From: Eledone cirrhosa
Lineage: Eukaryota
Assembly (NCBI GenBank): GCA_964016885.1
Contig: OZ024744.1
Location: 43,276,001-43,340,000 of the forward strand
Direction: 5' to 3'
Length of the DNA stretch: 64,000 bases
The position numbers and the translations under genes are program-made. The notes beneath the pieces were generated by a model. That model was not told where the DNA came from and searched no databases. It saw nothing but the letters and a program-made list of their open reading frames with translations. This document shows positions 46,901 to 62,900 of this stretch, one piece after another (positions within the stretch are counted from its first letter, which is position 1; each line of letters opens with the position of its first letter).

Positions 46901-49900
46901 ATAGTTTTCTGTACTAACTGGTAGGAATGGGTTTGAAATACAACTTACTTTCTTTTGATCCACCTGTTATGTATGTGCCTGAGTCAGAGACAAGGATCTC
47001 TACAGGAGTCACACCTGGAAAAAAATATACAGAAGAAAAGAATAATAAAAGCTAGAAGGCTTTCTTGAGAAGAGTTTGTTGTCAAGTTGAAGAAAGGGTA
47101 GAATGAGTTGTCATTTGTTTAATCAACTAGATCAAATTATACGGTTTGTTCCCTCAAGGACATGCTTACTTTTCCCACAAATCTAAAACTTCCAAAAGGA
47201 GTAAAGTGTGGTTAGTCATATGTGGGCTGTCTTGAATTATGAGAGAAACATTCTACAGTTTCCTACTGGTCCTTAAAATCAGATTTATATAGTGGTTTAC
47301 CAAATATTTAGGGTACTGGCAGATGTAGTGGAGAAGAGGATGCAGCGTATGAACAATGAAGGGTGACAAGAAATTGGGAAGAAATGTAGGACAAAGTTTT
47401 GATAAAGAAGAGAATACTGATCTCTGAAATAATTCAAACTACCTCAATGAATCTTGTGCAACATTTATCTTCTCATTTGAATCACATGTAATGTCATTCT
47501 TTCTCAGCTATCTCTGATAATGCCCTAAAAAAGTCTAGCTATACTTTTGTCATCATTACAAGGTCTTTGAGGAAGTCAATAAAATGTTTATTCTGGATTA
47601 TTTTATGGAGGTTGTAATACAGAGTTTGATATTGTTGACTGAATTAAGTAGTTATGAATTTACTGTTGAAAACCTAAATAAGTTACTGAATAACTTATTA
47701 CATGATGTTTAAATTATAACTTACTCTTTTGAGTAGTTTCAGGCTTCATTGCAGCACTGGGAGGGTACACGGTAATATGGTCACCTAGAATATATAAACA
47801 ACATCATAGTAAACCTACATGTATATATACAAATAACATTACAAATACATGGAATCAGTTATTAGATTGATTATCTCTGATAAATACATATATACAACAG
47901 GTGCAAACACATAGGGATCAAAGTCCCACTGTCCCTCGCATATATATATATATATATATATATGAAGATAGACATAGAATATTCGAAAATATTCTGTATG
48001 TTTAAATAAACATTTTGAAGACCTAATCGCTATAGAATAGAATACGTCACGTATTACAATTAGATTCTCGATAAAAGCAAGGGAAGTAACCTACGCGTTT
48101 CATTCTCATTAGAAATCTTCAGGATTACATATCCAGTGCTTTTATCGAGAATGACACAGCTAGAGACTTATAGAATACTTAGCTGTGTACAGGAACTGGT
48201 TTGAAAGAGCGGTTGCCGGTCCGGCAGAAATTAGAAATTGGATTAAATGCTCTGAAATAGCGATATATATGTGAAGATAGACATGATATGTGAAGATTTC
48301 TAATGAGAATGAAACGCGTAGGTTACTTCCCTTGCTTTTATCGAGAATCTAATTGTAATACGTGACGTATTCTATTCTATAGCGATTAGGTCTTCAAAAT
48401 GTTTATTTAAACATACAGAATATTTTCGAATATTCTATGTCTATCTTCACATATATATCGCTATTTCAGAGCATTTAATCCATTATATATATATATATAT
48501 TTATATATAGAGAGAATGGATAAATTACTGAATAACTTATTAGATGATGTTCAAACTATAACTTACTCTTTTTAGTTGATTTTGGCTCCATTGAAGCAAT
48601 GCGAGGGGACTGTGTAATATGGTCACCTAGAATATATAAACAAAATCATAGTAAACCTACATGTATATATACAAATAACATTACAAATACAGGAAACAGT
48701 TATTAGATTCATTATCTCTGATATATACATATATACACCAGGTCCAAACATATATGGACCAAACTCCCACTGCCACTGCCATTTATATATATATATTTAT
48801 ATATAGTGAAAGGATTCAGGACGCCAACTACTTAGATCCGTAAATATACATTTACTACTAAATTTTCTATAATCATGGCAACAGTCCTAATAAAGCAAAT
48901 TCATTCTTACATACACACGCACAGAGATTGCACACACACAAACTCACACTCACACAAACACAAACAGAGCTCACACACACTCAAAAAAGCATCACCGGTG
49001 AAACACACCCAAACAGGTACACAATGAATTAATATACAACCCAATATACCTATATGTATACATCAACATACACATAATACCAACATCACTTCACTTATAT
49101 ATGTACATACAATTTTATTCAATAGGTCCACCTAACACATTACATAAACTTAGAATGTATACAAATATACAATATAACGTCAATTTGATATTAATGTTGA
49201 AACACGTGTAATAGTTTTCTGTACTAACTGGTAGGAATGGGTTTGAAATACAACTTACTTTCTTTTGATCCACCTCTTATGTGTGTGCCTGAGTCAGAGA
49301 CAAGGATCTCTACAGGAGTCACACCTGGAAAAAATATACAGAAGAAAAGAATAATAAAAGCTAGAAGGCTTTCTTGAGAAGAGTTTGTTGTCAAGTTGAA
49401 GAAAGGGTAGAATGAGTTGTCATTTGTTTAATCAACTAGATCAAATTATACGGTTTGATCTCTCAAGGACATGCTTACTTTTCCCACAAATCTAAAACTT
49501 CCAAAAAGAGTAAAGTGTGGTTAGTCATATTTGGGATGTCTTGAATTATGAGAGAAACATTCTACAGTTTCCTACTGGTCCTTAAAATCAGATTTATATA
49601 GTGGTTTACCAAATATTTAGGGTACTGGCAGATATAGTGGAGAAGAGGATGCAGCATATGAACAATGAAGGGTGACAAGAAATTGTGAAGAACTGTAGGA
49701 TAAAATCTTGATAAAGAAGAGAATACTGATCTCTGAAATAATTCAATCTAACTCAATGAATCTAGTGTAACATTTATCTTCTCATTTGAATCACATGTAA
49801 TGTCATTCTTTCTCAGTTATCTCTGATAATGCCCTAAAAAAGTCTAGCTATACTTTTGTCATCATTAAAAGGTCTTTGAGGAAGTCAATAAAATGTTTAT

Positions 49901-52900
49901 TCTGGATTATTTTATGGAGGTTGTAATAGAGAGTTTGATATTGTTGACTGAATTAAGTAGTTATAAATTTACTGTTGAAAACCTAAATAAGTTACTGAAT
50001 AACTTATTACATGATGTTTAAATTATAACTTACGCTTTTGAGAAGTTTCAGGCTTCATTGCAGCACTGGGAGGGTACACGGTAATATGGTCACCTAGAAT
50101 ATATAAACAACATCATAGTAAACCTACATGTATATATATAAAAAACATTACAAATACATGGAATCAGTTATTAGATTTATTATCTCTGATATATACATAT
50201 ATACACCAGGTCCAAACATATATGGACCAAACTCCTACTGCCACTGCCATTTATATATATATATTTATATATAGTGAAAGGATTCAGGACGCCAACTACT
50301 TAGATCCGTAAATATACATTTACTACTAAATTTTCTATAATCATGGCAACAGTCCTAACAAAGCAAATATATTCTTACCTACTTGCACACTCACAAACTC
50401 ACACTCACACAAACACAAACAGGGCTCACACACACTCAAAAAAGCATCACCGGTGAAACACACCCAAACAGGTACACAATGAATTAATATACAACCCAAT
50501 ATACCTATATGTATACATCAACATACACATAATACCAACATCACTTCACTTATATATGTACACACAATTTTATTCAATAGGTCCACCATACACATTACAT
50601 AAACTTAGAATGTATACAAATATACAATATAACGTCAATTTGATATTAATGTTGAAACATGTGTAATAGTTTTCTGTACTAACTGGTAGGAATGGGTTTG
50701 AAATACAACTTACTTTCTTTTGATCCACCTGTTATGTATGTGCCTGAGTCAGAGACAAGGATCTCTACAGGAGTCACACCTGGAAAAAAATATACAGAAG
50801 AAAAGAATAATAAAAGCTAGAAGGCTTTCTTGAGAAGAGTTTGTTGTCAAGTTGAAGAAAGGGTAGAATGAGTTGTCATTTGTTTAATCAACTAGATCAA
50901 ATTATACGGTTTGTTCTCTCAAGGACATGCTTACTTTTCCCACAAATCTAAAACTTCCAAAAGGAGTAAAGTGTGGTTAGTCATATGTGGGCTGTCTTGA
51001 ATTATGAGAGAAACATTCTACAGTTTCCTACTGGTCCTTAAAATCAGATTTATATAGTGGTTTACCAAATATTTAGGGTACTGGCAGATGTAGTGGAGAA
51101 GAGGATGCAGCGTATGAACAATGAAGGGTGACAAGAAATTGGGAAGAAATGTAGGACAAAGTTTTGATAAAGAAGAGAATACTGATCTCTGAAATAATTC
51201 AAACTACCTCAATGAATCTTGTGCAACATTTATCTTCTCATTTGAATCACATGTAATGTCATTCTTTCTCAGCTATCTCTGATAATGCCCTAAAAAAGTC
51301 TAGCTATACTTTTGTCATCATTACAAGGTCTTTGAGGAAGTCAATAAAATGTTTATTCTGGATTATTTTATGGAGGTTGTAATACAGAGTTTGATATTGT
51401 TGACTGAATTAAGTAGTTATGAATTTACTGTTGAAAACCTAAATAAGTTACTGAATAACTTATTACATGATGTTTAAATTATAACTTACTCTTTTGAGTA
51501 GTTTCAGGCTTCATTGCAGCACTGGGAGGGTACACGGTAATATGGTCACCTAGAATATATAAACAACATCATAGTAAACCTACATGTATATATACAAATA
51601 ACATTACAAATACAGGGAATCAGTTATTAGATTGATTATCTCTGATATATACATATATACAACAGGTGCAAACACATAGGGACCAAAGTCCCACTGTCCC
51701 TCGCATATATATATATATATATATATATGAAGATAGACATAGAATATTCGAAAATATTCTGTATGTTTAAATAAACATTTTGAAGACCTAATCGCTATAG
51801 AATAGAATACGTCACGTATTACAATTAGATTCTCGATAAAAGCAAGGGAAGTAACCTACGCGTTTCATTCTCATTAGAAATCTTCAGGATTACATATCCA
51901 GTGCTTTTATCGAGAATGACACAGCTAGAGACTTATAGAATACTTAGCTGTGTACAGGAACTGGTTTGAAAGAGCGGTTGCCGGTCCGGCAGAAATTAGA
52001 AATTGGATTAAATGCTCTGAAATAGCGATATATATGTGAAGATAGACATGATATGTGAAGATTTCTAATGAGAATGAAACGCGTAGGTTACTTCCCTTGC
52101 TTTTATCGAGAATCTAATTGTAATACGTGACGTATTCTATTCTATAGCGATTAGGTCTTCAAAATGTTTATTTAAACATACAGAATATTTTCGAATATTC
52201 TATGTCTATCTTCACATATATATCGCTATTTCAGAGCATTTAATCCATTATATATATATATATATTTATATATAGAGAGAATGGATAAATTACTGAATAA
52301 CTTATTAGATGATGTTCAAACTATAACTTACTCTTTTTAGTTGATTTTGGCTCCATTGAAGCAATGCGAGGGGACTGTGTAATATGGTCACCTAGAATAT
52401 ATAAACAAAATCATAGTAAACCTACATGTATATATACAAATAACATTACAAATACAGGAAACAGTTATTAGATTCATTATCTCTGATATATACATATATA
52501 CACCAGGTCCAAACATATATGGACCAAACTCCCACTGCCACTGCCATTTATATATATATATTTATATATAGTGAAAGGATTCAGGACGCCAACTACTTAG
52601 ATCCGTAAATATACATTTACTACTAAATTTTCTATAATCATGGCAACAGTCCTAATAAAGCAAATTCATTCTTACATACACACGCACAGAGATTGCACAC
52701 ACACAAACTCACACTCACACAAACACAAACAGAGCTCACACACACTCAAAAAAGCATCACCGGTGAAACACACCCAAACAGGTACACAATGAATTAATAT
52801 ACAACCCAATATACCTATATGTATACATCAACATACACATAATACCAACATCACTTCACTTATATATGTACATACAATTTTATTCAATAGGTCCACCTAA

Positions 52901-54013
52901 CACATTACATAAACTTAGAATGTATACAAATATACAATATAACGTCAATTTGATATTAATGTTGAAACACGTGTAATAGTTTTCTGTACTAACTGGTAGG
53001 AATGGGTTTGAAATACAACTTACTTTCTTTTGATCCACCTCTTATGTGTGTGCCTGAGTCAGAGACAAGGATCTCTACAGGAGTCACACCTGGAAAAAAT
53101 ATACAGAAGAAAAGAATAATAAAAGCTAGAAGGCTTTCTTGAGAAGAGTTTGTTGTCAAGTTGAAGAAAGGGTAGAATGAGTTGTCATTTGTTTAATCAA
53201 CTAGATCAAATTATACGGTTTGATCTCTCAAGGACATGCTTACTTTTCCCACAAATCTAAAACTTCCAAAAAGAGTAAAGTGTGGTTAGTCATATTTGGG
53301 ATGTCTTGAATTATGAGAGAAACATTCTACAGTTTCCTACTGGTCCTTAAAATCAGATTTATATAGTGGTTTACCAAATATTTAGGGTACTGGCAGATAT
53401 AGTGGAGAAGAGGATGCAGCATATGAACAATGAAGGGTGACAAGAAATTGTGAAGAACTGTAGGATAAAATCTTGATAAAGAAGAGAATACTGATCTCTG
53501 AAATAATTCAATCTAACTCAATGAATCTAGTGTAACATTTATCTTCTCATTTGAATCACATGTAATGTCATTCTTTCTCAGTTATCTCTGATAATGCCCT
53601 AAAAAAGTCTAGCTATACTTTTGTCATCATTAAAAGGTGTTTGAGGAAGTCAATAAAATGTTTATTCTGGATTATTTTATGGAGGTTGTAATAGAGAGTT
53701 TGATATTGTTGACTGAATTAAGTAGTTATAAATTTACTGTTGAAAACCTAAATAAGTTACTGAATAACTTATTACATGATGTTTAAATTATAACTTACGC
53801 TTTTGAGAAGTTTCAGGCTTCATTGCAGCACTGGGAGGGTACACGGTAATATGGTCACCTAGAATATATAAACAACATCATAGTAAACCTACATGTATAT
53901 ATATAAAAAACATTACAAATACATGGAATCAGTTATTAGATTGATTATCTCTGATATATAGATATATACACCAGGTGCAAAGACATATGGACCAAACTCC
54001 CACTGTCCCTCGC

Positions 54014-54074
<61 letters not shown>

Positions 54075-57000
54075 GAGAGAATGGATAAATTACTGAATAA
54101 CTTATTAGGTGATGTTCAAACTATAACTTACCCTTTTTAGTTGATTTTGCCTCCATTGAAGCAATGCGAGGGGACTGTGTAATATGGTCACCTAGAATAT
54201 ATAAACAAAATCATAGTAAACCTACATGTATATATACAAATAACATTACAAATACAGGAAACAGTTATTAGATTTATTATCTCTGATATATACATATATA
54301 CACCAGGTCCAAACATATATGGACCAAACTCCTACTGCCACTGCCATTTATATATATATATTTATATATAGTGAAAGGATTCAGGACGCCAACTACTTAG
54401 ATCCGTAAATATACATTTACTACTAAATTTTCTATAATCATGGCAACAGTCCTAACAAAGCAAATATATTCTTACCTACTTGCACACTCACAAACTCACA
54501 CTCACACAAACACAAACAGGGCTCACACACACTCAAAAAAGCATCACCGGTGAAACACACCCAAACAGGTACACAATGAATTAATATACAACCCAATATA
54601 CCTATATGTATACATCAACATACACATAATACCAACATCACTTCACTTATATATGTACACACAATTTTATTCAATAGGTCCACCATACACATTACATAAA
54701 CTTAGAATGTATACAAATATACAATATAACGTCAATTTGATATTAATGTTGAAACATGTGTAATAGTTTTCTGTACTAACTGGTAGGAATGGGTTTGAAA
54801 TACAACTTACTTTCTTTTGATCCACCTGTTATGTATGTGCCTGAGTCAGAGACAAGGATCTCTACAGGAGTCACACCTGGAAAAAAATATACAGAAGAAA
54901 AGAATAATAAAAGCTAGAAGGCTTTCTTGAGAAGAGTTTGTTGTCAAGTTGAAGAAAGGGTAGAATGAGTTGTCATTTGTTTAATCAACTAGATCAAATT
55001 ATACGGTTTGTTCTCTCAAGGACATGCTTACTTTTCCCACAAATCTAAAACTTCCAAAAGGAGTAAAGTGTGGTTAGTCATATGTGGGCTGTCTTGAATT
55101 ATGAGAGAAACATTCTACAGTTTCCTACTGGTCCTTAAAATCAGATTTATATAGTGGTTTACCAAATATTTAGGGTACTGGCAGATGTAGTGGAGAAGAG
55201 GATGCAGCGTATGAACAATGAAGGGTGACAAGAAATTGGGAAGAAATGTAGGACAAAGTTTTGATAAAGAAGAGAATACTGATCTCTGAAATAATTCAAA
55301 CTACCTCAATGAATCTTGTGCAACATTTATCTTCTCATTTGAATCACATGTAATGTCATTCTTTCTCAGCTATCTCTGATAATGCCCTAAAAAAGTCTAG
55401 CTATACTTTTGTCATCATTACAAGGTCTTTGAGGAAGTCAATAAAATGTTTATTCTGGATTATTTTATGGAGGTTGTAATACAGAGTTTGATATTGTTGA
55501 CTGAATTAAGTAGTTATGAATTTACTGTTGAAAACCTAAATAAGTTACTGAATAACTTATTACATGATGTTTAAATTATAACTTACTCTTTTGAGTAGTT
55601 TCAGGCTTCATTGCAGCACTGGGAGGGTACACGGTAATATGGTCACCTAGAATATATAAACAACATCATAGTAAACCTACATGTATATATACAAATAACA
55701 TTACAAATACAGGGAATCAGTTATTAGATTGATTATCTCTGATATATACATATATACAACAGGTGCAAACACATAGGGACCAAAGTCCCACTGTCCCTCG
55801 CATATATATATATATATATATATATGAAGATAGACATAGAATATTCGAAAATATTCTGTATGTTTAAATAAACATTTTGAAGACCTAATCGCTATAGAAT
55901 AGAATACGTCACGTATTACAATTAGATTCTCGATAAAAGCAAGGGAAGTAACCTACGCGTTTCATTCTCATTAGAAATCTTCAGGATTACATATCCAGTG
56001 CTTTTATCGAGAATGACACAGCTAGAGACTTATAGAATACTTAGCTGTGTACAGGAACTGGTTTGAAAGAGCGGTTGCCGGTCCGGCAGAAATTAGAAAT
56101 TGGATTAAATGCTCTGAAATAGCGATATATATGTGAAGATAGACATGATATGTGAAGATTTCTAATGAGAATGAAACGCGTAGGTTACTTCCCTTGCTTT
56201 TATCGAGAATCTAATTGTAATACGTGACGTATTCTATTCTATAGCGATTAGGTCTTCAAAATGTTTATTTAAACATACAGAATATTTTCGAATATTCTAT
56301 GTCTATCTTCACATATATATCGCTATTTCAGAGCATTTAATCCATTATATATATATATATATTTATATTTAGAGAGAATGGATAAATTACTGAATAACTT
56401 ATTAGATGATGTTCAAACTATAACTTACTCTTTTTAGTTGATTTTGGCTCCATTGAAGCAATGCGAGGGGACTGTGTAATATGGTCACCTAGAATATATA
56501 AACAAAACATAGTAAACCTACATGTATATATACAAATAACATTACAAATACAGGAAACAGTTATTAGATTCATTATCTCTGATATATACATATATACACC
56601 AGGTCCAAACATATATGGACCAAACTCCCACTGCCACTGTCATTTATATATATATATTTATATATAGTGAAAGGATTCAGGACGCCAACTACTTAGATCC
56701 GTAAATATACATTTACTACTAAATTTTCTATAATCATGGCAACAGTCCTAATAAAGCAAATTCATTCTTACATACACACGCACAGAGATTGCACACACAC
56801 AAACTCACACTCACACAAACACAAACAGAGCTCACACACACTCAAAAAAGCATCACCGGTGAAACACACCCAAACAGGTACACAATGAATTAATATACAA
56901 CCCAATATACCTATATGTATACATCAACATACACATAATACCAACATCACTTCACTTATATATGTACATACAATTTTATTCAATAGGTCCACCTAACACA

Positions 57001-58109
57001 TTACATAAACTTAGAATGTATACAAATATACAATATAACGTCAATTTGATATTAATGTTGAAACACGTGTAATAGTTTTCTGTACTAACTGGTAGGAATG
57101 GGTTTGAAATACAACTTACTTTCTTTTGATCCACCTCTTATGTGTGTGCCTGAGTCAGAGACAAGGATCTCTACAGGAGTCACACCTGGAAAAAATATAC
57201 AGAAGAAAAGAATAATAAAAGCTAGAAGGCTTTCTTGAGAAGAGTTTGTTGTCAAGTTGAAGAAAGGGTAGAATGAGTTGTCATTTGTTTAATCAACTAG
57301 ATCAAATTATACGGTTTGATCTCTCAAGGACATGCTTACTTTTCCCACAAATCTAAAACTTCCAAAAAGAGTAAAGTGTGGTTAGTCATATTTGGGATGT
57401 CTTGAATTATGAGAGAAACATTCTACAGTTTCCTACTGGTCCTTAAAATCAGATTTATATAGTGGTTTACCAAATATTTAGGGTACTGGCAGATATAGTG
57501 GAGAAGAGGATGTAGCATATGAACAATGAAGGGTGACAAGAAATTGTGAAGAACTGTAGGATAAAATCTTGATAAAGAAGAGAATACTGATCTCTGAAAT
57601 AATTCAATCTAACTCAATGAATCTAGTGTAACATTTATCTTCTCATTTGAATCACATGTAATGTCATTCTTTCTCAGCTATCTCTGATAATGCCCTAAAA
57701 AAGTCTAGCTATACTTTTGTCATCATTAAAAGGTCTTTGAGGAAGTCAATAAAATGTTTATTCTGGATTATTTTATGGAGGTTGTAATAGAGAGTTTGAT
57801 ATTGTTGACTGAATTAAGTAGTTATAAATTTACTGTTGAAAACCTAAATAAGTTACTGAATAACTTATTACATGATGTTTAAATTATAACTTACGCTTTT
57901 GAGAAGTTTCAGGCTTCATTGCAGCACTGGGAGGGTACACGGTAATATGGTCACCTAGAATATATAAACAACATCATAGTAAACCTACATGTATATATAT
58001 AAAAAACATTACAAATACATGGAATCAGTTATTAGATTGATTATCTCTGATATATAGATATATACACCAGGTGCAAAGACATATGGACCAAACTCCCACT
58101 GTCCCTCGC

Positions 58110-58174
<65 letters not shown>

Positions 58175-59913
58175 GAGAGAATGGATAAATTACTGAATAA
58201 CTTATTAGGTGATGTTCAAACTATAACTTACTCTTTTTAGTTGATTTTGGCTCCATTGAAGCAATGCGAGGGGACTGTGTAATATGGTCACCTAGAATAT
58301 ATAAACAAAATCATAGTAAACCTACATGTATATATACAAATAACATTACAAATACAGGAAACAGTTATTAGATTCATTATCTCTGATATATACATATATA
58401 CACCAGGTCCAAACATATATGGACCAAACTCCCACTGCCACTGCCATTTATATATATATATTTATATATAGTGAAAGGATTCAGGACGCCAACTACTTAG
58501 ATCCGTAAATATACATTTACTACTAAATTTTCTATAATCATGGCAACAGTCCTAATAAAGCAAATTCATTCTTACATACACACGCACAGAGATTGCACAC
58601 ACACAAACTCACACTCACACAAACACAAACAGAGCTCACACACACTCAAAAAAGCATCACCGGTGAAACACACCCAAACAGGTACACAATGAATTAATAT
58701 ACAACCCAATATACCTATATGTATACATCAACATACACATAATACCAACATCACTTCACTTATATATGTACATACAATTTTATTCAATAGGCCCACCTAA
58801 CACATTACATAAACTTAGAATGTATACAAATATACAATATAACGTCAATTTGATATTAATGTTGAAACACGTGTAATAGTTTTCTGTACTAACTGGTAGG
58901 AATGGGTTTGAAATACAACTTACTTTCTTTTGATCCACCTCTTATGTGTGTGCCTGAGTCAGAGACACGGATCTCTACAGGAGTCACACCTGGAAAAAAT
59001 ATACAGAAGAAAAGAATAATAAAAGCTAGAAGGCTTTCTTGAGAAGAGTTTGTTGTCAAGTTGAAGAAAGGGTAGAATGAGTTGTCATTTGTTTAATCAA
59101 CTAGATCAAATTATACGGTTTGATCTCTCAAGGACATGCTTACTTTTCCCACAAATCTAAAACTTCCAAAAAGAGTAAAGTGTGGTTAGTCATATTTGGG
59201 ATGTCTTGAATTATGAGAGAAACATTCTACAGTTTCCTACTGGTCCTTAAAATCAGATTTATATAGTGGTTTACCAAATATTTAGGGTACTGGCAGATAT
59301 AGTGGAGAAGAGGATGCAGCATATGAACAATGAAGGGTGACAAGAAATTGTGAAGAACTGTAGGATAAAATCTTGATAAAGAAGAGAATACTGATCTCTG
59401 AAATAATTCAATCTAACTCAATGAATCTAGTGTAACATTTATCTTCTCATTTGAATCACATGTAATGTCATTCTTTCTCAGTTATCTCTGATAATGCCCT
59501 AAAAAAGTCTAGCTATACTTTTGTCATCATTAAAAGGTGTTTGAGGAAGTCAATAAAATGTTTATTCTGGATTATTTTATGGAGGTTGTAATAGAGAGTT
59601 TGATATTGTTGACTGAATTAAGTAGTTATAAATTTACTGTTGAAAACCTAAATAAGTTACTGAATAACTTATTACATGATGTTTAAATTATAACTTACGC
59701 TTTTGAGAAGTTTCAGGCTTCATTGCAGCACTGGGAGGGTACACGGTAATATGGTCACCTAGAATATATAAACAACATCATAGTAAACCTACATGTATAT
59801 ATATAAAAAACATTACAAATACATGGAATCAGTTATTAGATTGATTATCTCTGATATATAGATATATACACCAGGTGCAAAGACATATGGACCAAACTCC
59901 CACTGTCCCTCGC

Positions 59914-59974
<61 letters not shown>

Positions 59975-62900
59975 GAGAGAATGGATAAATTACTGAATAA
60001 CTTATTAGGTGATGTTCAAACTATAACTTACCCTTTTTAGTTGATTTTGCCTCCATTGAAGCAATGCGAGGGGACTGTGTAATATGGTCACCTAGAATAT
60101 ATAAACAAAATCATAGTAAACCTACATGTATATATACAAATAACATTACAAATACAGGAAACAGTTATTAGATTTATTATCTCTGATATATACATATATA
60201 CACCAGGTCCAAACATATATGGACCAAACTCCTACTGCCACTGCCATTTATATATATATATTTATATATAGTGAAAGGATTCAGGACGCCAACTACTTAG
60301 ATCCGTAAATATACATTTACTACTAAATTTTCTATAATCATGGCAACAGTCCTAACAAAGCAAATATATTCTTACCTACTTGCACACTCACAAACTCACA
60401 CTCACACAAACACAAACAGGGCTCACACACACTCAAAAAAGCATCACCGGTGAAACACACCCAAACAGGTACACAATGAATTAATATACAACCCAATATA
60501 CCTATATGTATACATCAACATACACATAATACCAACATCACTTCACTTATATATGTACACACAATTTTATTCAATAGGTCCACCATACACATTACATAAA
60601 CTTAGAATGTATACAAATATACAATATAACGTCAATTTGATATTAATGTTGAAACATGTGTAATAGTTTTCTGTACTAACTGGTAGGAATGGGTTTGAAA
60701 TACAACTTACTTTCTTTTGATCCACCTGTTATGTATGTGCCTGAGTCAGAGACAAGGATCTCTACAGGAGTCACACCTGGAAAAAAATATACAGAAGAAA
60801 AGAATAATAAAAGCTAGAAGGCTTTCTTGAGAAGAGTTTGTTGTCAAGTTGAAGAAAGGGTAGAATGAGTTGTCATTTGTTTAATCAACTAGATCAAATT
60901 ATACGGTTTGTTCTCTCAAGGACATGCTTACTTTTCCCACAAATCTAAAACTTCCAAAAGGAGTAAAGTGTGGTTAGTCATATGTGGGCTGTCTTGAATT
61001 ATGAGAGAAACATTCTACAGTTTCCTACTGGTCCTTAAAATCAGATTTATATAGTGGTTTACCAAATATTTAGGGTACTGGCAGATGTAGTGGAGAAGAG
61101 GATGCAGCGTATGAACAATGAAGGGTGACAAGAAATTGGGAAGAAATGTAGGACAAAGTTTTGATAAAGAAGAGAATACTGATCTCTGAAATAATTCAAA
61201 CTACCTCAATGAATCTTGTGCAACATTTATCTTCTCATTTGAATCACATGTAATGTCATTCTTTCTCAGCTATCTCTGATAATGCCCTAAAAAAGTCTAG
61301 CTATACTTTTGTCATCATTACAAGGTCTTTGAGGAAGTCAATAAAATGTTTATTCTGGATTATTTTATGGAGGTTGTAATACAGAGTTTGATATTGTTGA
61401 CTGAATTAAGTAGTTATGAATTTACTGTTGAAAACCTAAATAAGTTACTGAATAACTTATTACATGATGTTTAAATTATAACTTACTCTTTTGAGTAGTT
61501 TCAGGCTTCATTGCAGCACTGGGAGGGTACACGGTAATATGGTCACCTAGAATATATAAACAACATCATAGTAAACCTACATGTATATATACAAATAACA
61601 TTACAAATACAGGGAATCAGTTATTAGATTGATTATCTCTGATATATACATATATACAACAGGTGCAAACACATAGGGACCAAAGTCCCACTGTCCCTCG
61701 CATATATATATATATATATATATATGAAGATAGACATAGAATATTCGAAAATATTCTGTATGTTTAAATAAACATTTTGAAGACCTAATCGCTATAGAAT
61801 AGAATACGTCACGTATTACAATTAGATTCTCGATAAAAGCAAGGGAAGTAACCTACGCGTTTCATTCTCATTAGAAATCTTCAGGATTACATATCCAGTG
61901 CTTTTATCGAGAATGACACAGCTAGAGACTTATAGAATACTTAGCTGTGTACAGGAACTGGTTTGAAAGAGCGGTTGCCGGTCCGGCAGAAATTAGAAAT
62001 TGGATTAAATGCTCTGAAATAGCGATATATATGTGAAGATAGACATGATATGTGAAGATTTCTAATGAGAATGAAACGCGTAGGTTACTTCCCTTGCTTT
62101 TATCGAGAATCTAATTGTAATACGTGACGTATTCTATTCTATAGCGATTAGGTCTTCAAAATGTTTATTTAAACATACAGAATATTTTCGAATATTCTAT
62201 GTCTATCTTCACATATATATCGCTATTTCAGAGCATTTAATCCATTATATATATATATATATTTATATTTAGAGAGAATGGATAAATTACTGAATAACTT
62301 ATTAGATGATGTTCAAACTATAACTTACTCTTTTTAGTTGATTTTGGCTCCATTGAAGCAATGCGAGGGGACTGTGTAATATGGTCACCTAGAATATATA
62401 AACAAAACATAGTAAACCTACATGTATATATACAAATAACATTACAAATACAGGAAACAGTTATTAGATTCATTATCTCTGATATATACATATATACACC
62501 AGGTCCAAACATATATGGACCAAACTCCCACTGCCACTGTCATTTATATATATATATTTATATATAGTGAAAGGATTCAGGACGCCAACTACTTAGATCC
62601 GTAAATATACATTTACTACTAAATTTTCTATAATCATGGCAACAGTCCTAATAAAGCAAATTCATTCTTACATACACACGCACAGAGATTGCACACACAC
62701 AAACTCACACTCACACAAACACAAACAGAGCTCACACACACTCAAAAAAGCATCACCGGTGAAACACACCCAAACAGGTACACAATGAATTAATATACAA
62801 CCCAATATACCTATATGTATACATCAACATACACATAATACCAACATCACTTCACTTATATATGTACATACAATTTTATTCAATAGGTCCACCTAACACA

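Noticed and set aside
46754-46963. 69-aa minus-strand ORF (MDQKKVSC...)
   Set aside because: Opens only because of private changes near 46841-46845 in one unit, starts inside X3 in a different frame, and runs through intron sequence.
56418-56667. 64-aa minus and 68-aa plus ORFs (also at 62318-62567)
   Set aside because: Created by a 1-bp intronic deletion (aacaaaacat) in two units. Mostly TA-repeat-derived Y/I/C residues; only the embedded DHITQSPRIASMEPKSTKK segment corresponds to exon X1.
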